A stretch of 64,000 nt of DNA. Source: an uncultured candidate division Zixibacteria bacterium. Lineage in GTDB: Bacteria > Zixibacteria > MSB-5A5 > GN15 > PGXB01. The stretch's first letter is position 1. Every line of letters starts with the position of its first letter. Both the position numbers and the translations under genes were made by a program. Below, one piece after another: positions 34,327-44,955 of the stretch. Under the pieces are notes generated by a model, which was not told the origin of the DNA, did not search any database, and saw nothing but the letters and a program-made list of their open reading frames with translations. The DNA lies in NCBI GenBank assembly GCA_963702205.1, contig OY969724.1:2208001-2272000 (forward strand). Reading direction: 5' to 3'.

Positions 34327-34800
34327 ATGGGCGACAGACTTCTCGAAATTGTGGTTCAAATAATGGCCCATATTCGTGACACGCAGGGGCAGGTAGAGAC
34401 ATTTGACGATATTTCCGCCGACCTGCGCAGTCAGGGATTTACCGATTCAGAAATAAGTTATGCCTATTCCTGGGTAATCGATCATATACAATCCGAAGTT
34501 CAACCGCTGGTGGAAATGATGAAGCCGGGCGATTCGATTCGTGTCCTGTCGCTCAAAGAACGCCAGCATTTTTCGACAAAGGCCTACGGTTATCTTCTGC
34601 AACTTCAATTCCTCGGTATTTTGAATGAATCGGAAATGGAGATGATCCTGGAACGGGGCTGTGTCGTCGGGGCCGCACCGATCGACCTCAGGCAGATAAA
34701 ACTTATTGTCGGCGCGGTTTTATTCAGAGAACTGGGCATCCCGGATTCGCTCAAACAACCGGCCTACCTGTATGCCGACGACGACGGCTATTTACATTAA
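34327..34800 (+). CDS. DUF494/Smg-like protein
   Basis: L..QGFTDSEISYAYSW, RVLS..ER, AYGYL..L..LGIL..EMILER; start ATG 34327 after GAGG. Confidence 0.75.
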   Translation: MGDRLLEIVVQIMAHIRDTQGQVETFDDISADLRSQGFTDSEISYAYSWVIDHIQSEVQPLVEMMKPGDSIRVLSLKERQHFSTKAYGYLLQLQFLGILNESEMEMILERGCVVGAAPIDLRQIKLIVGAVLFRELGIPDSLKQPAYLYADDDGYLH

Positions 34801-34825
34801 ACCATAAAACCATCCGGCTTGTTGA

Positions 34826-36007
34826 ATGCTTAAGGGCAAAAAGATTTCCATTGGCCTCACCGGAGGTATCGCGGCTTATAAAGTCCCAATTTTAATTCGT
34901 TTGCTTAAAAAGGCGGAGGCCGACATCCGTGCCATCATGACCGTCAATTCGGCTGAATTTATCACGCCACTGACCATCGAAACGGTCTGCCAAAATCCGG
35001 TGGCGTCGGATATGTTCCCCGCAGATCGTTATGTCGGGACGCATCATATAGATATAGCCGAATGGCCGGACCTGATCGTAATCGCGCCCGCGACCGCGAA
35101 TTTTATCGCCAAGACGGCCTCAGGAATTTGCGATGATCTTCTTTCGACCGTAATCTGCGCCACGAAAGCGCCGGTGATGATTGCCCCCGCCATGAATACC
35201 AATATGTACTTGAATCCTGTCACGCAGGGAAATATCGATAAATTGAAAAGCCTCGGGTATCGATTTATCAAACCCGGTGAGGGAGAATTGGCGTGCGAGA
35301 CGGTCGGTGTGGGACGTATGGCCGAGCCGGAAGAGATATTTGACGCGATCAAATCATTCTTTCAAAAAAAAAAGTCTCTAAAAAATAAAAGTGTCGTCGT
35401 AACTGCCGGACCGTGCCGTGAGGCGATTGATCCGGTGCGTTATATTTCCAATCATTCCTCGGGGAAGATGGGTTTTGCCCTGGCCGAAGCCGCGCTCGAC
35501 AACGGGGCCGATGTCACATTAATCTCGGGACCGACGTCGCTAAATATGCCCCCGGTAGCGCATCACGTATCGGTCGAAACCACAGAGCAGATGCATAAGG
35601 CGGTATCTACGCATTTTGCGAAGGCGGATATTTTAATAATGGCCGCCGCTCCCGCCGATTTTATGGTTGCAAGGCCATTAACGCATAAGATTAAAAAAAC
35701 AAAGTCTCCATTGACTCTTGAATTAACGCCAACAATTGATATATTGAAATCTTTAAAGAAAAAAGCTAAGCAGAAAATTATCGGGTTCGCGCTGGAAACC
35801 GAAAACGGACCCCAAAACGCCCGCGCCAAACTTAAGGACAAGAATCTGGACATGATTGTCTTGAACAGCCTTGAGGATATCGACCCGTTCGGTAACGAAG
35901 CCAATGTGGCGACTTTAATCGGCAAGAGCGGTCGCTCCGAAAAGTTGCCGCGCATGTCCAAGACGGAGCTGGCGCGAATTATCATCGAACGGATTTCAAA
36001 GCTATGA
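34826..36007 (+). CDS. coaBC: Phosphopantothenoylcysteine decarboxylase/synthase
   Basis: TGGIAAYK, APATAN, APAMN, LAC..G.GRM, TAGP.RE.IDPVRYISN.SSGKMG, GFALET. Confidence 0.96.
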   Translation: MLKGKKISIGLTGGIAAYKVPILIRLLKKAEADIRAIMTVNSAEFITPLTIETVCQNPVASDMFPADRYVGTHHIDIAEWPDLIVIAPATANFIAKTASGICDDLLSTVICATKAPVMIAPAMNTNMYLNPVTQGNIDKLKSLGYRFIKPGEGELACETVGVGRMAEPEEIFDAIKSFFQKKKSLKNKSVVVTAGPCREAIDPVRYISNHSSGKMGFALAEAALDNGADVTLISGPTSLNMPPVAHHVSVETTEQMHKAVSTHFAKADILIMAAAPADFMVARPLTHKIKKTKSPLTLELTPTIDILKSLKKKAKQKIIGFALETENGPQNARAKLKDKNLDMIVLNSLEDIDPFGNEANVATLIGKSGRSEKLPRMSKTELARIIIERISKL

Positions 36008-36741
36008 AATTGTTGTCCGGCCAGATCGACGGCCCCACCCTCACGCTTTTGCGGCGGGCGGTCAAATGCCAGATGGAACTGGGCGAGTCGGATTTAACCC
36101 TCGACACGAATAATATAATTATGCTTAAAAAGAATCTTCCTGCATCGAACGGCAAGAAAACCAAATTTCGCTCTTTGGGAGCACACGAAAAAGCCATTTG
36201 CGAATGTCAGCTTTGCCCGCTCGGGGCGACGCGGACTAATTTCGTTTACGGGGTCGGCAACCCTAAGGCCGACGTTATGTTTATCGGCGAAGCCCCGGGA
36301 CAAAAGGAGGACCTCGCGGGCGAGCCGTTCGTGGGACGAGCCGGACAGCTTCTCGATAAAATTCTCGCGGCGATAGATTTCAAACGCGAGGACGTCTACA
36401 TCGCCAATATTCTCAAATGCCGTCCGCCGAACAATCGCGATCCCCAGCCCGATGAGATGGAAATGTGCATGCCATATTTGATGGAGCAGATTCGCATGAT
36501 AAAACCGAAGATCATCTGTGCACTGGGGAGGATCTCGGCGCAGGCGCTGCTTCAAACCAGCACACCGCTCGGGAAATTGCGGAAGCAGTGGCACGATTTT
36601 CATGGCATACCGTTCATAGTGACGTACCATCCGGCGGCTTTGCTGCGTTTTGCCAATTACAAGCGCGATACCTGGGAAGACGTGCAGATGCTGCGGGCGA
36701 AGTACGATGAAATAATGTCCGGAGCGGTCAGTGCACGTTAG
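36004..36741 (+). CDS. Uracil-DNA glycosylase family 4 (Fe-S)
   Basis: [35 protein letters not shown]. Confidence 0.93.
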   Translation: MKLLSGQIDGPTLTLLRRAVKCQMELGESDLTLDTNNIIMLKKNLPASNGKKTKFRSLGAHEKAICECQLCPLGATRTNFVYGVGNPKADVMFIGEAPGQKEDLAGEPFVGRAGQLLDKILAAIDFKREDVYIANILKCRPPNNRDPQPDEMEMCMPYLMEQIRMIKPKIICALGRISAQALLQTSTPLGKLRKQWHDFHGIPFIVTYHPAALLRFANYKRDTWEDVQMLRAKYDEIMSGAVSAR

Positions 36742-38140
36742 GACGGATAAAGACAAGGCGGTGGTCCGTCGCGAGCCGCCGCAGTCTATCGATGCCGAAC
36801 AGGCCGTTCTTGGTTCTATATTAAAAGACGCCGATTCGATCAGTGCCGTCATCGAGTACCTCGATGCCGATGAATATTTCTACGCCAAAAAACACCAGAG
36901 TATTTTTCAGGCTATATTGCGGCTTTATGAAAAAGGAGAGCCGTGCGATATAACCACCGTCGCCGACGAACTCACCAAGCTCGATCAGCTCGATAAAATC
37001 GGGGGGAGATCGTATCTGATAGAACTGGTCGACGCGGTTGTAACCTCGGCCAACGTAATTTCCTACGCGAATATCGTTCTCGAAAAAGCCACGCTGCGCA
37101 GCCTGATAAATGCAACGGGAGAAATTTCAAAAAATTGTTATGCCATGGAACATGAAGTCGGCGAAATCCTCGATAAAGCCGAGCAGAGCATTTTTGCCAT
37201 TTCGGAAAGCCGTCTGCGGCAGGGTTTTCGCTCGCTGGGTGAGTTGATCCCCCATACTTTCGATCAGATCGAAAGATTTCAGGAGACCAAAGGCGGACTG
37301 GCTGGTCTCGAGACGGGTTTTGCCAAACTTGATGAAATCACCGCCGGTCTGCACGGCGGCGATTTTATTGTCATTGCCGGACGTCCATCAATGGGTAAGA
37401 CGGCCTTCTCTCTGAACATCGCCGAGCATATAGCTGTCGAGAAAAAGGTCGGCGTCGGGGTCTTTTCGATTGAAATGTCAAAAGAACAGCTGGCACTGAG
37501 ATTGCTTTGCGGACGGGCTCGGATAAGCCAGCACTTGCTCCGTACCAACCGTCTCCGTGACGCCGACTGGCAAAGGCTGTCGATCGCCGGTGACCCTCTT
37601 CGCGAAGCCGAAATATATATCGACGATTCCCCGACTTTAACGACACTTGAAATAAGAGCCAAGGCACGACGCCTCAAGGCCCAGCATGATATCGGGCTGG
37701 TAATAGTGGACTATATACAATTGATCAATGCTTCGGGCTGGGCGGAGAACCGTCAGCAGGAAATGGCCATGATTTCTCGCTCCATAAAGGGGCTCGCCAA
37801 GGAGCTCAATATTCCGGTCGTGGCCTGTTCGCAGCTGTCCCGTATGGTGGAAACGCGGGGCGGCGACAAACGACCGCAGCTTTCGGACCTTCGTGAATCC
37901 GGAGCCATCGAGCAGGACGCCGACGTTGTTATGTTCGTCTACAGGCCGGAATTCTATTTATCGCACCTGGACAAGGATGATCCCAAGCGCATGGAGGTCG
38001 AGGGCCGGGCGGAAATTATCGTAGCCAAGCAGCGTAACGGTCCGACCGGGAAAATCGATCTGGCCTTCGTAAAAGAATTCGCAAGATTCGAGAATCTGGC
38101 TCATCAGTACATGGAAAAGGGTACAGATACACCTTTTTAA
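36731..38140 (+). CDS. dnaB: Replicative DNA helicase
   Basis: PPQSIDAEQAVLG, GRPSMGKT, VDYIQL, SQLSR, DLRESGAIEQDAD, KQRNGP; no intein. Confidence 0.97.
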   Translation: MHVRTDKDKAVVRREPPQSIDAEQAVLGSILKDADSISAVIEYLDADEYFYAKKHQSIFQAILRLYEKGEPCDITTVADELTKLDQLDKIGGRSYLIELVDAVVTSANVISYANIVLEKATLRSLINATGEISKNCYAMEHEVGEILDKAEQSIFAISESRLRQGFRSLGELIPHTFDQIERFQETKGGLAGLETGFAKLDEITAGLHGGDFIVIAGRPSMGKTAFSLNIAEHIAVEKKVGVGVFSIEMSKEQLALRLLCGRARISQHLLRTNRLRDADWQRLSIAGDPLREAEIYIDDSPTLTTLEIRAKARRLKAQHDIGLVIVDYIQLINASGWAENRQQEMAMISRSIKGLAKELNIPVVACSQLSRMVETRGGDKRPQLSDLRESGAIEQDADVVMFVYRPEFYLSHLDKDDPKRMEVEGRAEIIVAKQRNGPTGKIDLAFVKEFARFENLAHQYMEKGTDTPF

Positions 38141-38162
38141 GGTGTAAAGTTCAAGACCAATC

Positions 38163-38942
38163 ATGGCAAACGGAATTAGCCTGATAGGCCGACGAGCCAT
38201 TAGTTTCATCCAGAGGCTTGGAAGCACTTTCATATTACTCGGCAAAGTCTTTTATTATTTCAAAGCCATTCCTCGCTCGCTGGGATTGATTGTCGATCAA
38301 CTGTTCATGATCGGCAACAAGTCGTTTCCGCTGGTGACGATCACGTCCGTCTTCGTCGGCGCGGTATCCGCCTGGCAGGCGGCCTACCAGTTTAAATTTA
38401 TCGGGGCACCGCTGCGCTATCTCGGCGCTGCGGTGGGCAAGGCGGTTGTGATCGAACTGGCCCCGGTGCTCACGGCGCTGGTAGTCGGGGGGCGGGTCGC
38501 GGCCGGTATCGCCGCCGAGGTTGGCACGATGCGCGTGACCGAGCAGATCGACGCCCTCGATTCGATGGGTATCTCACCGGCGCGATATCTTATAATGCCG
38601 CGCGTGCTGTCGTGCATGATTATGCTCCCGGTTCTGACTATGATTGCGAACTTCGTTTCAATCGTGGGCGCGCTGGTCGTATCGGTGCTATTCGTCGATA
38701 TGTCGTACGAAACATTTTTAAACGGCGTCAAAAATTCATTTTCGATGTCGGACCTGTTTGCCGGGATGATCAAATCACTGGTGTTCGGCACGATTATCGG
38801 CATTGTCGGTTGCCGTGAAGGATTTTTCACCGGTGGCGGAGCCCGGGGAGTGGGACGGTCCACGACCGAGGCGGTCGTCATTTCGGCCGTGATGATCCTG
38901 GTCGCCGACTACATTATCGCCACCGTCTTGTTTAGAGTATGA
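38163..38942 (+). CDS. mlaE: MlaE family ABC permease
   Basis: ELAPVLTAL, AEVGTMRVTEQIDAL, GARGVGRSTT. Confidence 0.9.
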   Translation: MANGISLIGRRAISFIQRLGSTFILLGKVFYYFKAIPRSLGLIVDQLFMIGNKSFPLVTITSVFVGAVSAWQAAYQFKFIGAPLRYLGAAVGKAVVIELAPVLTALVVGGRVAAGIAAEVGTMRVTEQIDALDSMGISPARYLIMPRVLSCMIMLPVLTMIANFVSIVGALVVSVLFVDMSYETFLNGVKNSFSMSDLFAGMIKSLVFGTIIGIVGCREGFFTGGGARGVGRSTTEAVVISAVMILVADYIIATVLFRV

Positions 38943-39700
38943 ACCAGGAAACGATCATACATATCGAGGACCTGCGTAAGTCATTCGGTGACCTCGAAGT
39001 ACTACGCGGGGTCAATTTGAATATCGTGCGCGGTGAGTCGCTGGTGATCATCGGTCGCTCCGGATGCGGCAAGTCGGTACTTTTGAAACATATCAACGGT
39101 CTAATGTCCGCCGATTCCGGAAATGTCGAAGTTTTCGGTGAGACCTGGGGAGATATCAAGGGCAAGCGCATCGCGGAAGTGCGGAAAAAAATCGGGATGT
39201 TGTTCCAGTCGGCGGCTCTGCTGGATTCGCTGACTGTCGAAGAAAATGTCGGTCTGGGTTTAAGAGAAAGTTTCGGGATTCCCGATAAAGAAATCGGAAT
39301 ATTAGTTAACGAAAAGCTCGAAATGGTCGGCATGAGCGGGACGAATGATTTGTATCCGTCGAGCCTGTCGGGCGGGATGCGCAAACGGATCGGGCTGGCG
39401 CGGGCAATTGCGACCAATCCCGATATCGTCCTGTACGATGAGCCGACTACCGGGCTCGATCCGATCACGGCCGATATGATCAACGATCTAATTCTCGACC
39501 TCCACGAAAAACTCGATATCACGTCGATTTCGGTAACTCATGACATGACCGCGGCATACAAGACGGCGCAGCGTATGGTAATGTTGTACGATGGTGTTAT
39601 CGAGTACGAAGGAACGCCCGATCAGATAAAAAATTCCGGCAATGCCGTGGTCGATCAGTTTATCAACGGTCGGGCCGACGGGCCGATCCGGGTCGGATAG
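38939..39700 (+). CDS. mlaF: MlaF family ABC ATPase
   Basis: GRSGCGKS, LSGGMRKR, YDEPTTGLDP. Confidence 0.9.
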   Translation: MNQETIIHIEDLRKSFGDLEVLRGVNLNIVRGESLVIIGRSGCGKSVLLKHINGLMSADSGNVEVFGETWGDIKGKRIAEVRKKIGMLFQSAALLDSLTVEENVGLGLRESFGIPDKEIGILVNEKLEMVGMSGTNDLYPSSLSGGMRKRIGLARAIATNPDIVLYDEPTTGLDPITADMINDLILDLHEKLDITSISVTHDMTAAYKTAQRMVMLYDGVIEYEGTPDQIKNSGNAVVDQFINGRADGPIRVG

Positions 39701-39705
39701 ATTCC

Positions 39706-41061
39706 ATGGAAAAGAAGATCAAGACAGCTTTCGTTTGTACCAATTGCGGGGCGATGTATCTCCGCTGGCAGGGGCAGTGTACCCAGTGCCAGGAATGGAA
39801 CAGCCTGACCGAAGAGCGGGTGGTCTCAAAAAAATCAGCGGTTTCGCGTAAGAACGACATTCGACCGGTAAAACTGTCCGAGATCGACGACAACCGTTTG
39901 ATCGGCATTAAGTCCGGTATCGCCGAACTCGACCGCGTGCTCGGCGGAGGGCTTTTGCCGGGCAGCTCCATACTGTTGGCCGGAGAACCGGGAATCGGCA
40001 AATCCACCCTGGTTCTGCAGGCGGCGGAAGCGTACTCCCGCGCCGGCGGCAGGGTATTGTACGTTACCGGCGAAGAATCCTTGAATCAAATCAAGAAGCG
40101 TTCGCTGAGAATCAATATAAACGCCGAAAATATCGAATTCGCCAACACGACCGATCTCGAAGACATAATATCCCTGATCGATTCGGACGCAACCGGGATT
40201 GTCATTGTCGATTCCATACAGACCATCTCCAGCGCCGGGTTTCAGTCACCGCCGGGAACGGTCGGTCAGATTCGCGAATCCGCCGGGCGGCTGATCGAAA
40301 GGGCTCACCGCGACAATTTCGCCCTGTTTTTGATCGGCCATGTCACAAAAGAGGGGCTGGTGGCGGGGCCGAAGGTCCTCGAACATATGGTCGACGTGGT
40401 GCTGTCCTGTGAAGGCGACAGCCGCCATCTATACCGTTTGCTGCGGCCGATAAAAAACCGCTACGGTTCAACTCTGGAGCTGGGCGTGTTCGAAATGTCG
40501 GCCTCGGGTCTTAACGAAGTGCCGAATCCATCATCGCTGTTTCTTTCCGATATGTCCGGTGAACGCCACAGCGGATCGGTGATCGCGGCTTCGTGCGAAG
40601 GCAACCGTCCGATATTGGTGGAGATTCAGGCGCTGGTGGCTTCGGCATCGTACGGAATGCCGCAGCGCGTGGCGGGAGGGTTCGACAACAAACGCCTGGC
40701 TCTGCTCCTGGCTATTCTCGAAAAGCGTCTCGGTATTCCTATGGGTCAGAACGACGTCTTCGTCTCGGTGGCGGGCGGACTTCGTCTGAACGATCCGGCG
40801 GTCGATCTGGCCGTAATGGCTTCGATTGTTTCGTCATTGCGCGATATAGCGGTCGATTCCCGAACCGTGTTGTGCGGCGAAGTGGGTCTTTCCGGGGAAG
40901 TGAGAACCATCGGTCTGGCGGATCGCCGAGCGGCCGAAGTGTCCAAGCTCGGTTTTAAGAAAATGATCCTTCCGGCTCAGAACGTTGAAAATATCGGCGG
41001 GAAGAAACTCGAATTACACGGCGTCAAAACGCTCGAAGAAGCGCTGGAAATATTATTTTAG
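39706..41061 (+). CDS. radA: DNA repair protein RadA/Sms
   Basis: CTNC..CTQC zinc finger, GEPGIGKST, KNRYG, Lon-like C-terminus GEVGLSGE. Confidence 0.97.
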   Translation: MEKKIKTAFVCTNCGAMYLRWQGQCTQCQEWNSLTEERVVSKKSAVSRKNDIRPVKLSEIDDNRLIGIKSGIAELDRVLGGGLLPGSSILLAGEPGIGKSTLVLQAAEAYSRAGGRVLYVTGEESLNQIKKRSLRININAENIEFANTTDLEDIISLIDSDATGIVIVDSIQTISSAGFQSPPGTVGQIRESAGRLIERAHRDNFALFLIGHVTKEGLVAGPKVLEHMVDVVLSCEGDSRHLYRLLRPIKNRYGSTLELGVFEMSASGLNEVPNPSSLFLSDMSGERHSGSVIAASCEGNRPILVEIQALVASASYGMPQRVAGGFDNKRLALLLAILEKRLGIPMGQNDVFVSVAGGLRLNDPAVDLAVMASIVSSLRDIAVDSRTVLCGEVGLSGEVRTIGLADRRAAEVSKLGFKKMILPAQNVENIGGKKLELHGVKTLEEALEILF

Positions 41062-41069
41062 GGTGCAAC

Positions 41070-41642
41070 ATGAATAAAAAATCACTTAAGCCCGATACGT
41101 GGTTATTTCCGCTTCCGGCGGTGATGGTCTCGTGCAAAGCTGAAAACGGTGGTCCAAATATTATAACTATAAGTTGGATCGGCATTGTCTGCTCCCAGCC
41201 GCCGATGCTGTCCATTTCAGTCAAACCGGAAAGATATTCGTACGATATTATCAAAAAAGCCGGAAACTTCGTTGTAAATCTGACCGGTGAAGATCAACTC
41301 CAGGCCGCGGATTATTGCGGTACAAAATCAGGAAAAGACGTCAATAAATTCGAAGAATTAAATCTTACCGAAGAAAAATCCGATATTGTTGCATCGCCGC
41401 TGATCGGTGAGTGCCCGATCAATCTGGAATGCGAAATCCGTCAGGCACTAAAACTCGGCTCACACGAGATGTTCATTGCCGAAATAGTTGCCATGCACGC
41501 CGGAGAGGAGTATCTGGATGAGCGCGGGCGTCCCGATCTGGACAAAATCAAACCGCTGGTTTATTGCCCCGGAGCACGGGAATACCGGGGCGGGCTGACG
41601 AAAGCACTGGCTCGGTATGGCGAAGCCGCCCAGAAGATGTAG
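41070..41642 (+). CDS. Flavin reductase / flavoredoxin family protein
   Basis: PLPAVMVS, ADYCGTKSG.DVNKF, ECPINLEC, GSHEMFIAEIV. Confidence 0.9.
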   Translation: MNKKSLKPDTWLFPLPAVMVSCKAENGGPNIITISWIGIVCSQPPMLSISVKPERYSYDIIKKAGNFVVNLTGEDQLQAADYCGTKSGKDVNKFEELNLTEEKSDIVASPLIGECPINLECEIRQALKLGSHEMFIAEIVAMHAGEEYLDERGRPDLDKIKPLVYCPGAREYRGGLTKALARYGEAAQKM

Positions 41643-41644
41643 CG

Positions 41645-42802
41645 ATGTCGGACTTCAGTTTCGAATTACTCGCCAAAAACCTGAATGCCCGCAGAGGTCG
41701 GGTTCGTACTCCACACGGCTCGTTTAACACTCCGGCTTTCATGCCGGTGGGGACGTCGGGGGCGGTCAAGGCCATGACGTCCGAAGATTTAGAACAGTGC
41801 GGGGCGGAGATTATTCTGGGCAACACCTATCATCTCTACCTTCGGCCGGGCGAAAATATAATAAAAAAGATGGGCGGTCTGGCCGCTTTCAATTCATGGA
41901 ACAAACCAACCCTGACCGACAGCGGCGGCTTTCAGGTTTTTTCCATGCAGGACCTGCTCAAGGTCGACGACGACGGTGTGACATTCAAGTCTCACCACGA
42001 TGGCTCTTCACACCGCTTCGAAGCCGAAAAAGTAATCGACATCCAGCGCGACATCGGGGCGGATATTATTATGTCGTTCGATCAGTGTGTACCGTATCCC
42101 TCGGAAAAGGGCCAGGCTCAAATAGGTATCGAGCGGACCTTTGACTGGGCCAAGCGGGGCAAAGAGCATTTTGACAAATGCGAAAAGGAAGATCCTTCAG
42201 GTACGGCTTTATTCGGAATAGTGCAGGGCTCAACCTATCCCGATCTCAGAAAAATATCCGCCGAACAGACAACCTCGCTTGACTTTCCCGGCTATGCCGT
42301 GGGCGGTTTGGCGGTGGGGGAATCAAAAGCTGAGATGGAAGACATGCTGGCGCATACGGTGCAATTCCTGCCGGAAAGCAAACCTCGCTATTTGATGGGG
42401 GTCGGCTATCCCGAAGATATTCTTATGGCTGTATCGCACGGTATCGATATGTTCGACTGTGTCCTGCCGACCCGCAATGCCCGCACCGGTATGGTTTTCA
42501 CGTCCGTGGGTCCGATGGTTTTCCGAAACGCCGAATTTTCAGAAGACGACCGTCCCCTCGACCTCGATTGCGATTGCAAAGTGTGTCGAAGATACAGCCG
42601 GGCGTACATTCGGCATTTATACAATCAAAAAGAAATCACGGCCTTGATTCTGGCGTCATATCATTCGACATGGTTTTTTCAGAAATTGATGCAGGGGATC
42701 AGATCTTCGATGGAAAACGGCAGCTTCGATGCCTATCGCCAAGCGTTTCTCGAAAAATATCTAAATGGGGATGATATACCCGAGTCTGACCCACATGGTT
42801 GA
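41645..42802 (+). CDS. tgt: Queuine tRNA-ribosyltransferase
   Basis: TPAFMPVGT, NTYHL, TDSGGFQ, GIVQG, PRYLMGVG, DMFDCV, CDCKVC zinc site; start ATG 41645. Confidence 0.96.
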   Translation: MSDFSFELLAKNLNARRGRVRTPHGSFNTPAFMPVGTSGAVKAMTSEDLEQCGAEIILGNTYHLYLRPGENIIKKMGGLAAFNSWNKPTLTDSGGFQVFSMQDLLKVDDDGVTFKSHHDGSSHRFEAEKVIDIQRDIGADIIMSFDQCVPYPSEKGQAQIGIERTFDWAKRGKEHFDKCEKEDPSGTALFGIVQGSTYPDLRKISAEQTTSLDFPGYAVGGLAVGESKAEMEDMLAHTVQFLPESKPRYLMGVGYPEDILMAVSHGIDMFDCVLPTRNARTGMVFTSVGPMVFRNAEFSEDDRPLDLDCDCKVCRRYSRAYIRHLYNQKEITALILASYHSTWFFQKLMQGIRSSMENGSFDAYRQAFLEKYLNGDDIPESDPHG

Positions 42803-43402
42803 TATTTTTTTCGGACGATATATTTCGGCCAACCGGGGACCATCAGGCGACGGCCATTGAGTCAGGAAGACAAAATCCGGGTCGGTGACCCGAATACCGA
42901 GCTCAAATGAGTATTTCTGCTTGTATCGCCCCCCAAGAAATGCCAGATATCCCCAACTGCCGCTCATATCGGCATCGATAATGGTAATATCTTTGTAAAC
43001 CGTATCGGTCTTAAGATCACGGAATTTGACCCCTTCGAAGGAACTGGGGTCATACCAGCCGAAATTATACAGCGCCCCCAGTCCGAGATAGATAAAATAA
43101 TCATCCCTGCCCCGGTAAGTAAATACTTCTGCGGATATATTAAACGATTCCTGGGTGCCAATTCCGATATCGAAATCATTGACTCCGGACATATTGAAAT
43201 TGCCGCCGACCCGCATCGCGATGGGGTGCCAGATCAAATATTCTGCCTTGACACCGAATTCGGCACCGGGATCGGTCAGGGAACTGCCGACGTTTCCACC
43301 GGCAACCACGTGGAGGCTTAAAACATTAAGCGTGTCCCACTGGACTTTTTGATTGGAAACCATAGGTGATAGTAAAAGCAAAGTTAAAAGGTATGCTGTC
43401 AT
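42761..43402 (-). CDS. Hypothetical, probable small outer-membrane beta-barrel protein
   Basis: Short signal peptide, amphipathic strands (YLGLGALY, SFELGIR, VRLGY); overlaps the tgt 3' end. Confidence 0.6.
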   Translation of the reverse strand: MTAYLLTLLLLSPMVSNQKVQWDTLNVLSLHVVAGGNVGSSLTDPGAEFGVKAEYLIWHPIAMRVGGNFNMSGVNDFDIGIGTQESFNISAEVFTYRGRDDYFIYLGLGALYNFGWYDPSSFEGVKFRDLKTDTVYKDITIIDADMSGSWGYLAFLGGRYKQKYSFELGIRVTDPDFVFLTQWPSPDGPRLAEIYRPKKISTMWVRLGYIIPI

Positions 43403-43495
43403 TTTTTGGTCCGTCTATGTGGTTGCCTTATTCTTGTAACGGATTGAATATATGATTTGTTTTGAAAAATAAACAGCATTTCTTATAATATCCGT

Positions 43496-44164
43496 ATGAA
43501 GAAAGCTCTTCGATTTATTTGTGTCGTGATGCTGGCCCTGATGCCGGCGTCGTACGCCGTCGGTGAATCGACCGACAGCACCGTCATACGGTATTATTTA
43601 AAGCAGGCGCGTAACAGTTTCGAAACCACATATATATTCGGACTGAAGCGAGATTTCCAATGCCAGGCTCAGGCGATCGCGACTCTTACGAACTACCGGG
43701 GGAAGCTCGATCAGGTTGATACATTGGCTTATGAGGTAGTTTATTCAGATGGCAAAACATCCTCGATAAATATGACCGATACAGCCCGCATGTCTGAAAA
43801 CGTGATTCCCGAGATGGCCATACCGGACATGCCGTGGGAACTTGACTGCTGGTTTTATTTCTTCCCCAACGACACCGGCGGTGAGAATATATCTATCGGT
43901 TTCGAACCGCATGATGCCACCGCCCCAAATGCGGCCTCGGGTTTCATAAAACTCGACCGGTATAATTTCACGGTCAAAGAATATACTATCTATGAAAGCA
44001 ATGGCCAATTTTCCGAAAGGTATTCCCGCGTTTATACGTTTGAATATCGCAATCTCCTGACGGTGCCCGTTGCTCTGGAAAGGCACTGGCGAGCGGGCGG
44101 TTTCTGGGGTCGGAGATATTTTTATCAAAAAATCACGTTCGATAATTATCAAATGGCCGAATGA
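43496..44164 (+). CDS. Hypothetical exported protein
   Basis: Signal peptide MKKALRFICVVMLALMPASYA; beta-rich, ends ITFDNY; TATAAT 6 nt upstream. Confidence 0.65.
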   Translation: MKKALRFICVVMLALMPASYAVGESTDSTVIRYYLKQARNSFETTYIFGLKRDFQCQAQAIATLTNYRGKLDQVDTLAYEVVYSDGKTSSINMTDTARMSENVIPEMAIPDMPWELDCWFYFFPNDTGGENISIGFEPHDATAPNAASGFIKLDRYNFTVKEYTIYESNGQFSERYSRVYTFEYRNLLTVPVALERHWRAGGFWGRRYFYQKITFDNYQMAE

Positions 44165-44208
44165 ATATTATCTTGCTCATCATTTAAGCTCATTCTATAA
44201 TTACTCCG

Positions 44209-44955
44209 ATGAAAGACGACGAAGAAATCCTTAAATCCCAAATAGTCCCGGAACGCCTTCCGCAGCACATTGCCATTATTATGGACGGCAACGGTCGCTG
44301 GGCCAGCAAGCGTGATAAGCCGCGGACTTTCGGCCATGAAGCGGGCGTCGAAGCGGTAAGAAAAACCGTCCGTGCCGCGGCCGAACTCGGGATTCGGTAT
44401 ATGACGCTTTATACATTTTCAGTTGAGAACTGGAAAAGACCGCGCGAAGAGGTTACAGCCCTGATGAAACTTTTATCGAAAACGACGCGGCGTGAGATCG
44501 ACGAGTTGAACCGGAATAATGTCAGGCTTATCACGACCGGACGAATCGAGGGGCTTTCTTTGTCGCGCCGTAAGGCGCTGAGCCTTGCGATGGAGCGAAC
44601 CGGCGGCAATACCGGGCTGGTTTTGAACCTGGCCCTGAATTATGGCGGGCGGACCGAGATCATAGACGCCGTCAGGTCGATCGCCGAATCGGTCAAATCC
44701 GGCAAGCTGGATCCTCGCAAAATCGACGAAAAGCTATTCTCTGAGCATCTATATACATCGGCACTGCCCGACCCGGACCTGTTGATTCGGACCTCGGGAG
44801 AGATGCGCATATCGAATTTTCTTTTATGGCAGACCAGTTATACCGAAATGTATGTAACCGACGTGCTCTGGCCCGATTTCGGGCGTAAAGAGCTTTTCGA
44901 GGCTGTCATAGAATACCAGCACCGCGACCGGCGGTTCGGGAAGGTCACAGCTTAA
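44209..44955 (+). CDS. uppS: Undecaprenyl diphosphate synthase
   Basis: HIAIIMDGNGRWA, FSVENWKRP, RTSGEMRISNFLLWQ. Confidence 0.97.
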   Translation: MKDDEEILKSQIVPERLPQHIAIIMDGNGRWASKRDKPRTFGHEAGVEAVRKTVRAAAELGIRYMTLYTFSVENWKRPREEVTALMKLLSKTTRREIDELNRNNVRLITTGRIEGLSLSRRKALSLAMERTGGNTGLVLNLALNYGGRTEIIDAVRSIAESVKSGKLDPRKIDEKLFSEHLYTSALPDPDLLIRTSGEMRISNFLLWQTSYTEMYVTDVLWPDFGRKELFEAVIEYQHRDRRFGKVTA

